From the human T2T-CHM13v2.0 reference genome, Homo sapiens, in the NCBI RefSeq assembly GCF_009914755.1, contig NC_060933.1: a DNA stretch of 64,000 nt. One strand, written 5' to 3'. Each line of letters starts with the position of its first letter. Within the stretch, counting starts at the first letter, position 1. Made by a program: the position numbers and the translations under genes. Shown here piece by piece: positions 45,603-58,360 of the stretch. The notes beneath the pieces are model-generated. The model worked only from the letters and a program-made list of their open reading frames with translations. It was not told the origin of the DNA and made no database searches.

Positions 45603-46580
45603 TAACTTTCAAGTTCAGGGGTACAAGCGTAGGTTTGTTGTGTAGGTAAACTTGTGTCATGAAGGTTTGTCGAAAAGATTATTTCATCACCTAGGTATTA
45701 AGCCTAGTACCATTAGTTACTTTGCCTAATGTCTCCCTCCTTCTACCCTCCATTCTCTGAAAGATCTTAGTGTGTATTGTTCCCCTCTATGTGTACATGT
45801 GTTCTCATCATTTAGCTCTCACTTATAAGTGAGAATATGTGGTATTTGGTTTGGTGTTGCTGTGTTAGTTTGCTAAGGATCATGGCCTCCAGCTCCATCC
45901 ATGTCCCTGCAAATGAGATCATGTCCTTTGCATGGATAGAGTATGTGCATGGATGGAGCATTCCATGGTGTATATGTAGTAGTATTCCATGGTTTATATG
46001 TACCACATTTTCTTTATTCAGTCTATCTTTTCAAATGAAGATATACATACCACCAACAATCATATGAAAAGAAGTTCAACATCACTGAATTACAGAAATC
46101 CAAATCAAAACCATGATGAGACACCATCTCACACCAGTCAGAATGGCCATTATTAAAAAGTCAAAAAATAACAGATGCTGGCAAGGTTGTGGAGTAAAAG
46201 GAATGCCTATCCACTGTTAGTGGGAATGTAAATTAGTTCAACCATTGCAGAAGACAGTGTGGCAATTCCTTAAAGACCTAACGACAGAAATGTCATTTGA
46301 CCCAACAATCCCATTATCGGGTATATACCCAAAGGGATATAAATCATTCTATTATAAAGACACATGCCTGTGTATGTTCATTGAGCACTATTCACAATAG
46401 CAAAGATCTATAATCAACCTAAATGCCCACCAATGATAGACTGGATAAAGAAATGTGGTACATATACACCATGGAATACTATGTAGTCATAAAACAAGAA
46501 CTAGATCATGTTCTTTGCAGCGACATGGATGTAGCCGGAGGCCATTATTCTTAGCACAGTAACACAGGATCAGAAAACCA
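45603..46580 (-). mobile_element. L1PA13-like LINE-1 with 5' inversion and duplicated overlap
   Basis: 45603-46027 is the 3' end on minus and ~46028-46580 is the ORF2 C-terminus on plus. TSD caatttaattttttt at 45588-45602 and 46579-46593, followed by aaaa (a TTTT/AA endonuclease site). Confidence 0.92.
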
Positions 46581-48104
46581 ATTTAATTTTTTTAAAAGAG
46601 CATAATAGTACTGAGTAGTTTTAGAAATGTGAAAGAGAGACATCTGCTTCAAAGAAATTGAGTAGATATGCTTTTCTCTATTCTTCCCACTAACAATATC
46701 TAAAACTCCCTTGATATTATATATAAAACTGAAATAAGAAGAAGAACACTAGCTAGGGACCTCAGAACCCAAGGAACAACACAATGGTGAGTCTCCTGGG
46801 AATTCTTGGTTCGAATATCTCAGACATGTTGCTGAAGAAGACAGTAACCTGGAAACAACAAAGAGAACAGACAGAAAAGTCACAACAAAAGACCAAGGAA
46901 AAAGCAGTGTAGAAAGACAGAAATGTTTTAGACAATAGCCTATCTAGTCTAGCCAAACATTACAAATAAAATTGTGGCCCCCAACCCAACCATGCCAGCA
47001 AAAGCAGAAAGGGAATCCTACAATTCTGCAAATGCCAGATTTTATTCAGGCATCACAACCTAAACCTTCTCCAGTGAGGTGATATCATAGAAGGGTAAGC
47101 AGGGAGTCAGAACATACATTTGGTAGGTTAGAAGTAACATGCTCCACTGTACCTGTGGTGTCTGTGAAGCCTGCGTGGGGAGCCTGCACTTTCAGCCCCA
47201 ACTGCTATTGATGAGGCACACACTCTCATTCTGCTGAGGTGGTGCCAGAGGAGGCCTAGAGAAAAGTAGGGACTCTCAGAAATACCCAGCAGTAAGGAGT
47301 CTACCCCTCACTACATAGTGTCAGGGGGAAGCCTGGTAGGGAGTAATAAATGAGCACTCCTCCACTTCCCACAGTGTGGATTCTTGTAGGGAGCTGAAAG
47401 TCTCACTCTCACCCAGCAATAATGACGATCTCCTTTCTCCCTCTGGTATCAAAGGAAGCCAAGGGAGGAACCTGAACTTTAATTCCGCATACAGTAGTAA
47501 CAAGGCAGTGGCCAAGTTACACTACCGAAGAGGTGTCAGAGGAAGCCAGCTAAAACAGAAAGTTTTAAAAGAATCCAGTGTCTGATAAAAACATGGATAC
47601 CCAGGTTTAATTCCATAAACACTTAACATATAAAAAATAGAATAATCTCAGCAGGAATGAGAAAAAGACAGCAGATTCCAAAACTGAGATGACAAAGGTG
47701 TTAGAATTATCTGGCAGAGATTTTAAAGTGGTAACCATTAAATACTTCACTGAAAAATTTTAAACATGCTTGAAACAAATTTAAAAAAAAGCTCAGCAAA
47801 GAATTGAAAAGTCTCAGCAAATATAGAAAACGTATAATGAACAACCAGAGAGATTTTTAAATGAATGAGGCAAACACTGAATTGGCAGATTAAACAATGT
47901 ACATCACCCAATCTCAACAACAGAGAAAAAGTAACCTGATAAAAAGGGCAATAAAAAGATTCACAGAGACTTGTGGGACCATAACAAACCGTCTAACTTT
48001 ACTGCCACTGAAGTCCTGGGGAAAGAATAGGAGAAAGAAGATGTAGTCGATAATTACTAAAAATAAAAGATGGTTTAAAACATCTTAAATTTAGCTATAT
48101 GTAT

Positions 48105-48137
<33 letters not shown>
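48105..48137. repeat. (AC)n microsatellite inside the L1MD
   Basis: acatacacacacac... Confidence 0.9.
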
Positions 48138-48138
<1 letters not shown>

Positions 48139-48876
48139 CAACAAATTTTAAATGATGAGCTAACCCAATAAAATAAACCCAAAGAAATAAATGCCAAGAC
48201 ATATCACAGTCAAACTTTTAGAACTTAAAGACACAGGAAAATTTTTGAAAGCAATGAGAGGGAAAGGATTTTTTACTTACAGAAGGAAAACAATTTGAAT
48301 GACAAGGTATTTCTCATCAGAAATCCAGGAGGCCAGAGAAAGTGGCACAGCATTTTATAGTGTTGAAAGCAAAGAACTGTCAAATCAAACCTGATATACA
48401 GTGACAATATCCTTCAGGAATGATGGGGAAATAAGACATTCTCAAGTGAAGGAAAACTGAGAAATTCATCACCAGCAGATTTTTCCTGAAAGAAGGGCTA
48501 AAAAAAAGTTCTCTGGACTAAAAGGAAATACAAAATATTTAATCTTGGAGCATCAGAAAGGAAGTAAAATATGAAAATAACAATTTATGGGTAAATTATG
48601 TTAAATTTCCCTTCTCCCCTTGTTTTCTAAACAAAGTTTGAATATTTGAGTAAAATTACAACACTATTTAATGTGATTCTAAATGTATAAGATAACATAT
48701 TTAAGATGATTATATTACAAAGAATTATATTATGAAGGATAAAATTAGGTTAAGGGACTTAAAGTTTATATGTGTCACTAAACCTGGTAAAATGTATATG
48801 ACAGTAGATTGGAATAAATTATAAATATATATTATCCAGAGCAACCACTAAAGAACTATATAAAGAAATAGATACT

Positions 48877-49090
48877 GGCCAGGCACGGTGGCTCATGCCT
48901 ATAATCCCAGCACTGTGGGAGGTCAAAGTGGGAGGGTGGCTTTGAGACTACCTTGGGCAATATAGTAAGACCCCATCTCAAGAAGAAAAAGATGAAAGAA
49001 AAAGGAAGAAATAAAAAAAGGAAGGAAGGAAGGAGAAAGACAGAAGGAAACAAAGACAGAAAGAAAGAAAGAAGGAAAGAAAGAAAGAAG
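48877..49090 (+). mobile_element. FLAM/AluJ left monomer with an expanded GA-rich tail
   Basis: ggccaggcacggtggctcatgcctataatccc...agaccccatctc, then ~110 bp of GAAA/GGAA. Probable TSD aagaaatagatact (48863-48876) / aagaaatacatatt (49091-49104). Confidence 0.85.
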
Positions 49091-49104
49091 AAGAAATACA
49101 TATT

Positions 49105-49850
49105 GATTATTAGAGAAATGCAAATCAAAACCATGAGACACCATCTCACACCAGTCCGAATGTCTGTTACTTAAAAGTCAAAAAATGACAGATGCTGGTA
49201 AGGTTGTGGAGAAAAGGGAACACTTACACAATGTTGGTGGGAGTATAAATTAGTTCAAACATTGTGGAAAGCAGTATGGTGGCTCCCCAGAGAGCTAAAA
49301 GCAGAACTACCATTTGACCCAGCAGTTCTATTACTGGGTATACACCCAGAGGAAAATAAATCATTCTACCATAAAGACACATGCAGGCATATGTTCAATG
49401 CAGCACTGTTCAAAATAACAAAGACATGGAATCAACCCATAATAAATGCTTATCAGTGACATACTGGATTTAAAAAATGTAGTACATATACATCATGGAA
49501 AACTATGCTGCCATAAAAATAACAAGATCATGTATTTTGTAGTAACATGGATAGAATTGGAGGCTATTATCCTTAGCAAACTAACACAGAAACAGAAAAC
49601 CAAATAAGTGGGAGCTAAATGGTGAGAGCTTATGAACACAAAGAAGGAAACGACAGACACTGAGGTCTACTTGAAGATGAAGCATAGGAGGAGAGAAAGC
49701 AGCAGAAAAGAGAACTATTTGGTATTGGGCTTAATTCCTGGGTGATGAAATAATCTGAACAACAAATCCCTGTGACATGTGCTTACCTACATAACAAATC
49801 TTCACAGGTACCTCCAAACCTAAACTAAAAGTTAAAAAGATAAGAAAAAA
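49105..49850 (+). mobile_element. 5'-truncated L1PA15/16-like LINE-1
   Basis: [30 protein letters not shown]; 3'UTR gggcttaattcctgggtgatgaaataatctg...acctaaactaaaagttaaaaa. Confidence 0.9.
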
Positions 49851-50030
49851 GAAACTATAGATAAAAATGAAAAAAGAATTTTTTAAAAATAGTACTCCAC
49901 AGGAAAGTAGAAAAGAAGAAACCAAAGAAAGCAAAACAGAAAGCAAACAACCAACAACAAGAATTAAATAAAATGGCATACTTATTACCTAACATGTCAA
50001 TAATTACATCAAATATAAAACTGACCTGAG

Positions 50031-50073
50031 GGCTGGGCAACAAGAGCAAAACTCCATCTCAAAAAAAAAAAAA
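50031..50073 (+). mobile_element. 43-bp mini-Alu (AluSq/Sp-type 3' end) with poly-A
   Basis: ggctgggcaacaagagcaaaactccatctc(A)13, with tgacctga repeated at 50022-50029 and 50074-50081. Confidence 0.85.
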
Positions 50074-51534
50074 TGACCTGAACTGAAGAGATCATGACTA
50101 TGTAGAAAAATCACAACAAATCTAAAAAGAAAAATACTCCTAGAATTAATTATTCAGTTCAGCTAAGTAGAAGATAAAGTTTCAAAATAAATTCTATTTA
50201 CTTACACTAGTATTAAACAGATGGACAACAAAAATAAAACATAATATTATTTACAATCACTGAAGAAAAAAGAAATATTAAATGTATATCTAAAATTCAT
50301 GGACAGGACTTAAGTTCTTGAAAGTACAAAATGTTGATAAATGACATTAAATAATATAAAATGAATGTAGAGATATACTGTGTTCATAGATGAGAAGATT
50401 CAACATGGTAGAGTTGTCAATTCTCTACAAATAGACAATTCATTTGCTATCAAAATGTGAATGAGAACTTTTTTACTTATTTTGTATGTATAGAAAACTT
50501 TAAAATACATATGGATATGTATTAACTAGAATATCTGAAAAATTTTGAAAAAGGAGAATAAAATGTAACCTTATTTCAAGACTTACGCAGTTGCAGTAAT
50601 CATGAATTTGTGGAATTCGTAGAAAAAAAGGCAAATAGGTGCAAAGCCAATTCAGTGGAGGAAAAAATAGCATTTTCAGCAATGACGCTAGAGCAACTGG
50701 ACAATCACAGGTGAAAAAAATATACCTTCACATAAGCATAACACCTTCTACCAAAATGAACTCACGATAGATCATGCACTTAACTGTAAGACATAAAAGT
50801 TTTATTTAAAAAGCCATAGGGAAAATTCTTCAGGATTTCAGACTAGGCAATCGTTTCACAGACTTGACATCAAAGGCAAGCTCTATTAAATGAAAAAAAT
50901 ATAAATTGGACTTCATCAAAGTTACAGATGTTTGTTCTATGAAATATTCTGTTGAGAATAAACCTAAACACTTGGAGAAAATATCTGTAAACTACACGTC
51001 TTAAATAGAAGTGGCATCTAGAATATATAAAGAATTCTGCAAATACACCCATAAAAAAAAAAAAGCCAATTAGAAATTTGACAAAAGGTGTTTCCCAGAA
51101 AGACAATATCTTGATGGCAAATAGCCCATAGAAAATATGTCCAAAATTATTAGCCATTAGGAAAATACAAATTAAAATATATAACAAAATATTACCTCAC
51201 ACCTACCAAAATGGCTAAAATTTAAATAGTAACAAAACCAAATGCTGACAATGATATAGGGAAACTAGATCATCCATGCATTGCTGGTAGAAATAAAAAT
51301 GATCCAGACACTCTGGAAAATAGCATAGTGTTTACCTAAAAAATAAATTTATGCTTACTATATGATACATCCATTGTACTTCTGCTCATTTATCCTAGAG
51401 AGATGAAAATTTACACAAAAACTTGTACATGAATGTTTATAGCAGCTTTATTCGTCAGTCAGTAACTAGAAACAACTTTGTGTCCAACAATGGATGAATG
51501 GTTAAACAAACTGGCACATCCATGCTGTGAAATA

Positions 51535-51889
51535 TGTATTAGTCTCTTTTCACACTACTAATAAAGACATACCCGAGACTGGGTCATTTATAAAGGAGAG
51601 AAGTTTAATTGACTCACAGGCCCACATGGCTGGAGAGGCCTCACAATTATGGTGGAAGGCGAATGAGGAGCAAAGTCAGGTCTTAACATGACAGCAGGCA
51701 AGAGAGCTTGTGCAGGGGAGCTCCCGTTATAAGACCATTAGATTTCATGAGACTTATTCACTACCGTGGGAACAGTATGGGTGAAACATCCCCCATGATT
51801 TAATTATCTCCACCTGGCCCCACCCCGACACATGGGGATTATTACAATGCAAGGTGAGACTTGGGTGGGGACACAGCCAAATCATATCA
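51535..51889 (-). mobile_element. THE1C-like MaLR solo LTR nested in the L1MD
   Basis: tgtattagtc...aataaagacatacccgagactggg...gaatgaggagcaaagtca...gggtggggacacagccaaatcatatca. 5-bp TSD aaata/gaata at 51530-51534 and 51890-51894. Confidence 0.93.
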
Positions 51890-52429
51890 GAATACTGCTG
51901 AACACTAAAATGAATAAACTAATGATACAGAAAGCAACTTAGATACATTCCCCAGAAAATTATGCTAAGTGGCAAACATCAATCTCAAAAGATAACATAC
52001 CATAACTTCAATTTATACCATTTTGAAATGACAAAAATTAAAGACATAAGTAATATATTAACGATTGGAATTAGTGAGTTAAGAGGGAACTGAGTGTGGC
52101 TATCAAAGGGAAACACAAGTGATGTTCTGATCAAGGAATTATAATGTACCAGTGTTAATATTCTGGTTGTGATACTATATCATAAATGTGCAAAACTATA
52201 TTATACCAGAGTTTCTAGAGAAACTGGGTAAATGGTACAAGGAATCTCTTCCTATTATTTCTTACAAATTTATGTTAATTTAAATTATCTCTAAATAAAA
52301 AGTTTAGTGTAAAAAATACAAAATAGAAGCAAATATGTCCATGATATTAAGCAAGTATACACATGCACAGATTGAAAAACAATGTCTATTTGACTAGATT
52401 TTACTTTTCATTTTATTTTGTTAAATATT

Positions 52430-52745
52430 ATTTATTATTTATTTATTTGTTGTTTGTTTGTTTTGAGACAAGGTCTCATTCTGTCACCCAAGCTGGAGTG
52501 CAGTGGTGCCATCATGGCTTAATGCATGCTCAACCTGCTGGGCTTACTCCATCCTCTTGCTTCAGCCTCCCAAGCAGCTGGGACTACAGGCTTTTGCCAC
52601 TGCACCCAGAAGAGTTTTGTATTTTTTGCAGAGACAGAGTTTCGCCATGTTGCCCAGGCTGGTCTCGAATTCCTGGGCTCAAGTGGTACACCAGCCTCAG
52701 CCTCCTAATGTGCTGGGATTATAGGTGTGAGCCACTGTACCTGGC
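52430..52745 (-). mobile_element. AluJ SINE
   Basis: TTTA/TTTG tail, gagacaaggtctcattctgtcaccc...gtctcgaattcctgggctcaagtg (J-type). Confidence 0.92.
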
Positions 52746-54714
52746 AATATTTGAATGGATTTTTATGAATCCTGAATTTCCTAAGTAATTGATTTTATTT
52801 ATTATAGCTATTGCTTAGAGATTTACTTCTCCCAGTACTTTTGGGCATATATTAAGTATGCCACAAATACCATAGTGGTTAAAGTATAAAAATAATTATT
52901 AGAAATTATCATAACCATTACATTAGCTGTGAGCGAACATGAAAATTGAAACTAATAGCCCGACATCAACATATATACCAAATTGAATATATAGAGCACT
53001 TCTTGCATCAGCTTTTTCTTAAACCCCATTGAAAACATCATCACCAGGGTGTCAGAATGCATATGTGTCTCTGTTACTGATGATAGCCCCTCAGTTCTGT
53101 GTTTGGGTGGCTCTTCATAGTCTTAGCTTTTGGTAACCTTTCAGTTCCTCACTTTCCATATATCTTCACTTAAGTTTACTCATATTATCACCACCTTATT
53201 CTTCCACAAACCCTCATTGTATTGTTTTATTGTTGGTGGTGGTATTAGATTTTTTGCTTGTTTTGTTTCTTCCCCGCCCTATGGCCTTGCATGAAGTCTT
53301 CTCTCTGTTAGTTCAATCACCCATTCACATGTCACATTACTCTGTCCTGTTGTAATCCCTTTAACTGAAGTTACAAAACTGTTAATCCCCTACTGCAGCT
53401 ATGTATATAAATACCGAAAATGTGGACATAAACTTTATATAGACAGTGACATACATATAACATGACCTTAGGCTTCAGATGGCTAATTTTGAAATAATAA
53501 TAAATTAACTCTTTTTTTCTAATTCCCTTCCCCTTAACACACACTTAGTTAACAGTGGATTGTCCCATAGTTTTTAACTATTTAGCAGTATACTCAAAAA
53601 ATTCAAGCTGATTTTGTAGCTGGGGATGTTATGCAGTTATTTACTTTTAAATATTTATTTATATGAAAGTACTTTTGAACTCTAAGTACTATACAGTCAA
53701 ACATACAATTTTTCATCTTATTTTCATTCTGCTTTAATCACCGTTGTAAAGCTTCGATGAGAAACAAAAAAGAAACACACAGAGCACAAATTGTAATTTC
53801 AACAAATAATATTATTATATCTGTGGCTTCATTTAGAGCTATATAACTTGCATGAGAGATTTTATGAATACATAATAGATTTATTTTTCCTTTTAATAAT
53901 GACACATAGATGTTCTTGAAACAAAAATTCATTCATTATTTTATAGAGAGCTGAAAGAAGTAACTGTTACAAAGGAGTAGAGAAGGCTTTTCTTCTTCAG
54001 TCTTAGTACAGAGGCTTTTAATCTTAGTCTCTTGTGATAGGTTTACCAGAATGATGAATCAGTAGTAGAGTGTTCGTTAATCTCCCAATTCATTTGAGCT
54101 GATTTTGTGTGTTGACTGAAGTAAGGAAACAATTGAGTGAAATTGGTTAGTCCTCAGAGCAGCAATTTCAGTAATACCCAAAGCAGAGCCTGTAGGATGG
54201 TAGGTCCTAACTTAATGGAACAACAACAGCATCAACAAATTCAAACAGAAAACAAGCCCAGTGATACTCTCAGAAACATACAAATTAAAATTATGTTGTC
54301 TTTTTAACTGTGATATAAAGCATCAAACAGATGGAATGAATTCTAAATTCAAATGGAGAGTTGATATATATTTATCAAAAGTTAATCCAATTATTCTTTT
54401 ACCTATTGTGATTTTTTGACTGGAATTTATAAAAATTGGGGAAGTGAAACAGAGAATTGGGAAAGTGAGAACAGAACTTTTTAAAAATGTATTTCTAGGC
54501 ATGTTAATAAATTGAAATGAATTCCAACATGATGAATCATGTTTTTTTAACAACAAAATTGTAAAAACTGTGTGCAATTCTACATCTAAAAAGTTTCCAT
54601 TTATCTTGACTTCTTCAAATAAGAAGTGCTTTATATTCTACTTCATTTCTAATTCATCTGTTAACTGAGAGTCTATGTTTTATCTTTGTTTTCTTTACTA
54701 ATCCATGTTTTAAA

Positions 54715-56085
54715 GTCAGCCTGTCTAAACCTATCTGTTCACAAAATCACCAGAGAACTTTGTCAAAAATGCAGACTTCCGTATGTTTGTTGGCCACATA
54801 AGTGTCTTCTTTTGAAAAGTGTCTGTTCATATCCTTCACCCATCTTTTGATGGGGTTGTTTGGTTTTTTCTTGTAAATTTGTTTAAGTCCCTTGTAGATT
54901 TTGGATGTTAGCCCTTGTCAGATGGATAGATGGCAAAAATTTTCTCCCATTCTATTGGTTGCCTGTTCACTCTGATAATAGTTTCTTTTCCAGTGCAGAA
55001 GGTCTTTAGTTTAATTAGATGTCATTTGTCAATTTTCGCTTTTTTTGCAGTTGCTTTTGGTGTTTTAGTCATGCAGTCTTTGCCCATGCCTATGTCCTGA
55101 ATGGTATTGCCGAGGTTTTCTTCTGGGGTTTTTATGGTTTTAGGTCTTATGTTTAAATCTTTAATCCATCTTGAGTTAATTTTTATATAAGAGGTAAGGA
55201 AGGGGTCCAGTTTCAGTTTTCTGCATATGACTAGCCAGTTTTCCGACACCATTTATTATATAGGGAGTCATTTCCCCATTACTTGTGAAATACCGTCTCA
55301 TGCCAGTTAGAATGGGGATCATTAAAAAGTCAGGAAACAACGGATGCTGGAGAGGATGTGGGGAACGCTTTACACTGTTGGTGGGAGTGTAAATTAGTTC
55401 AACCATTGTGGAAGACAGTGTGGCAATTCCTCAAGGATCTGGAACTAGCAATACCATTTGACCCAGCAATCCTATTACTGGGTATATACCCAAAGGATCA
55501 TAAATCATTCTGTAAAGACACATGCACATGTATGTTTATTGCAGCACTATTCACAATAGCAAAGACTTGGAGCCAACCCAAGTGCCTATCAATGTTAGAC
55601 TGGATAAAAAAAATGTGGCACATATACACCATGGAATGCTATGCAGCCATAAAATAGAATGAGTTCATGTCCTTTGCAGGGACATGGATGAAGCTGGAAA
55701 CCGTCATTCTCAGCAAACTAACACAGAAACAGAAAACCAAACACTCATAAGTGGGAACTGAACAATGAGAACATATGGGCACAGGGAGGGGAACATCACA
55801 CATGGGGGCCTGTTCAGGGATCGAGGGTAAGGGGAGGGATAGCATTAGAAGAAGGATCTAATGTAGATGACGAGTTGATGAGTGCAGCAAACCACCATGG
55901 CACATGTTACCTATGTAACAAAACTGCACGTTCTGCACATTTATCCCAGGACTTAAAGTATAATAATAATAATAAAATAAAATAAAAGTAAGAAAAAAAT
56001 GCAGACTCCAAAACTCACAAAACTTCCTGAAATCAAAATCATGGGGATGGAAAATGGAACTTTGATTTTAAAAAAGGCATCTCTT
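54715..56085. mobile_element. MER5-like hAT MITE interrupted by the L1PA7 insertion
   Basis: Rejoining the flanks gives aaaatcaccagagaactttgtcaaaaatgcagactcc...cttcctgaaatcaaaatcatggggatgg...gattttaaaaaaggc, which is collinear with MER5A/B. Confidence 0.55.
54781..55994 (+). mobile_element. L1PA7-like LINE-1 with 5' inversion
   Basis: 54781-~55285 is ORF2 on minus (KLKLDPFLT..., [14 protein letters not shown]). ~55286-55994 is the ORF2 C-terminus, 3'UTR and an (AAT)n tail on plus. TSD aaaaatgcagact at 54765-54777 and 55995-56007. Confidence 0.94.
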
Positions 56086-57859
56086 CAATTTACAAAGAAA
56101 AAAATGTGGAATTACAGATTGAAGGCTAAATTTTGTATGGGAGATATTTCTGTTTACTGTTGTTCTGTTTGAGAAAAGAAGACATGGAAGGGAAGGTGCA
56201 CACAGCTCGAATTCGACTTCCCAGTGTTCATGGAAACTGGTTATTATACCCCGTAATGTGGAAAAAAGTTAAGTGTGTGGTAGTAGAAGTTCTCTTTTCC
56301 TGAAAAGAGTTCCTTTCTACTGTCATGTCTTGAGGAATTTCTTTGAAAAGTGCCCTGATACTTCTGAGGTGGACGTCCTCATTTTTATTTAGATACCAAT
56401 GTGTGGATCAGAATTTGATAAGCATTAAGTGCAGATATATTCCCTGTATTTGAGTTATCCGGGTATTTAGTGTTACCTTTGACTTCAGGGCAGAGGGCTT
56501 ATGATTATTTTCTTCACAATAGAGAACTTTTGTATAAATTTAGCCTTGAGTAGCTTCTCCTCCACTGTAAAGTCTCAGTACGTACTATCTAGTTTCCATA
56601 GGTACACACACAACCATTCTCATTTAAGCACCTGTCTACTTCTGGGAACTCAATATTATTCAGTTATGCACCATCAATAGAAATTACGAACTTTGATCTA
56701 CCTTGTCTATCTCCAAAGAATCCATCCAATACCCAAATTCACTTCCTGTTAAAAAGTACACCCCTACACATCTCTGTAATCCTTAAAAATTACAAGGTCT
56801 GTGCTCTTCTACCTGTTGGACAATCTAATTTATACCCTTTGATAGACCTCAAACTTCAAATGCCCAAATATTTTATCTGGGTTATATCCTCTGTCACCAC
56901 TACTCCTTCCCCCAACACACACAACTTGTCAAATTCTTCTCACTCTAAACACAGACACATTCACGTGCATACATAGCCGAACACACACACATACACACAG
57001 AAATGCTTTTCTGTGCATACCTTATGCAGTTGAGTATGAGGAAGAAAACTTTAAGTGAAAAAGGATATGTATTCATTTCTTTGTTTTAAATCTGCAGTGA
57101 AAAATTCACACCTCCACATACATGTGTATACTCATAAACAAATTTTCCACAATGTTGTTCATTATACTCATATATTCTAATGGCATGTTTTATAAAAATT
57201 GAGAACTGGAACTTTAGGGCATGCTTATCAAACCTCCACAGTAGTGAAAATAAAATAAATATGACACAGTATTTCACAGTAGTGAAAATAACTTTACAGT
57301 GTACATCTTTCCACATTCTGTCAACACAAACTTCTGCCCTCACACTCCCTCCCACCCAGACAAGTCACACATTTGTATTCTTTCACTCCTCCAATTCAGT
57401 ACTTATTCCAACTGCCTCTCTGTTAGTTGTTAACTTATTTCCTGCTAGGAAGAAAATAGATTACTAGCTGTTAACATTCCAGAATATTTGCATTTTGCAT
57501 ACAGGCACTTTGAGGATATCTGTGGTTTTGGATGGAAGCCAAGTCAGACAACTTCTTAGACAAAACTTGACCCAGCTGCTTCTTATAGCAGTTGCCTCTT
57601 TGGACATGAATATACTGAGTTGTGTGTGTATCTGCCCCTTAATTAGCACCCTCTCTTAACACAAAAAGATATTCACTTCTCCTAATCAAAAAGTTGTCAC
57701 CTCTATGCTCATTTAATTGTGAATCTGCACACATATTGAACTTTGGCCATAATCTGATACATATGCGGGCCACTGTTAGAGCTACCAGGTGTGTAATGAA
57801 CACACATTCTGGTACTGACATTAGTAGTGGCATTGATCGTGACCAAGCAGTTGGAGCAT

Positions 57860-58360
57860 GTTACTTATATTGACTCTCCTTGGTAAGTAACTGGAAAAAT
57901 CCAACTCAAACTGCCCTACACACACACACAAATATTTGCTGAAATGACAGATTTTTATGTGTATCTAAGCTTCAGATTTGGGTTATTCTAATTTATAAAA
58001 TTAGGACTTTGTTTTATTCTATTTCAGTCATTTTAGCTCATGGCTTTAGTCTAGGATTCTATGTGATGATTTTTTTGCAACTATAGACTATAGTGAATAT
58101 TCCAACGAGTTCACTTTCCCCAAAAAGATAATAAGCTTCTCTTTTAAAAGATCCAGCTAAAATCGAGGTAGTTCTTCTTGTCATTGAATAGGTCATAATG
58201 CTCATATCTGAATCCAATCCCTAGTGCTGGAGAAAATAATTTTTGTTTGTTTGTTTCATTAAGCCCATAGCTCTTGTCTTTTCCTGGAGTTTGGAAGCAG
58301 AATTAACTGTACATGAAATTTATGATTTAAAATTAGAGGATTATGTGGTGACCAGAGAAG
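57860..58360. mobile_element. Ancient MLT1-type MaLR LTR remnant (tentative)
   Basis: gactctccttggtaagtaactggaaaaatccaactcaaactg and aggtcataatgctcatatctgaatccaatccctagtgctgg resemble old MLT1 LTRs. Confidence 0.4.

Larger units (their letters stand above)
46635..52320 (+). mobile_element. Long ancient L1MD-like element (5' region, ORF1, ORF2 pieces, 3'UTR) with nested insertions
   Basis: 5'-type gggacctcagaacccaaggaacaacacaatggtgagt; ORF1-like ttctcatcagaaatccaggaggccagagaaagtggcac; ORF2-like text at 50090-51500; MD-type 3' end gaaactgggtaaatggtacaaggaatctct...aaataaaaagttt. Confidence 0.8.

Noticed and set aside
48856-49174. Low-complexity K/E/R and F/L/S ORFs
   Set aside because: Translations of the GA-rich FLAM tail and adjacent L1.
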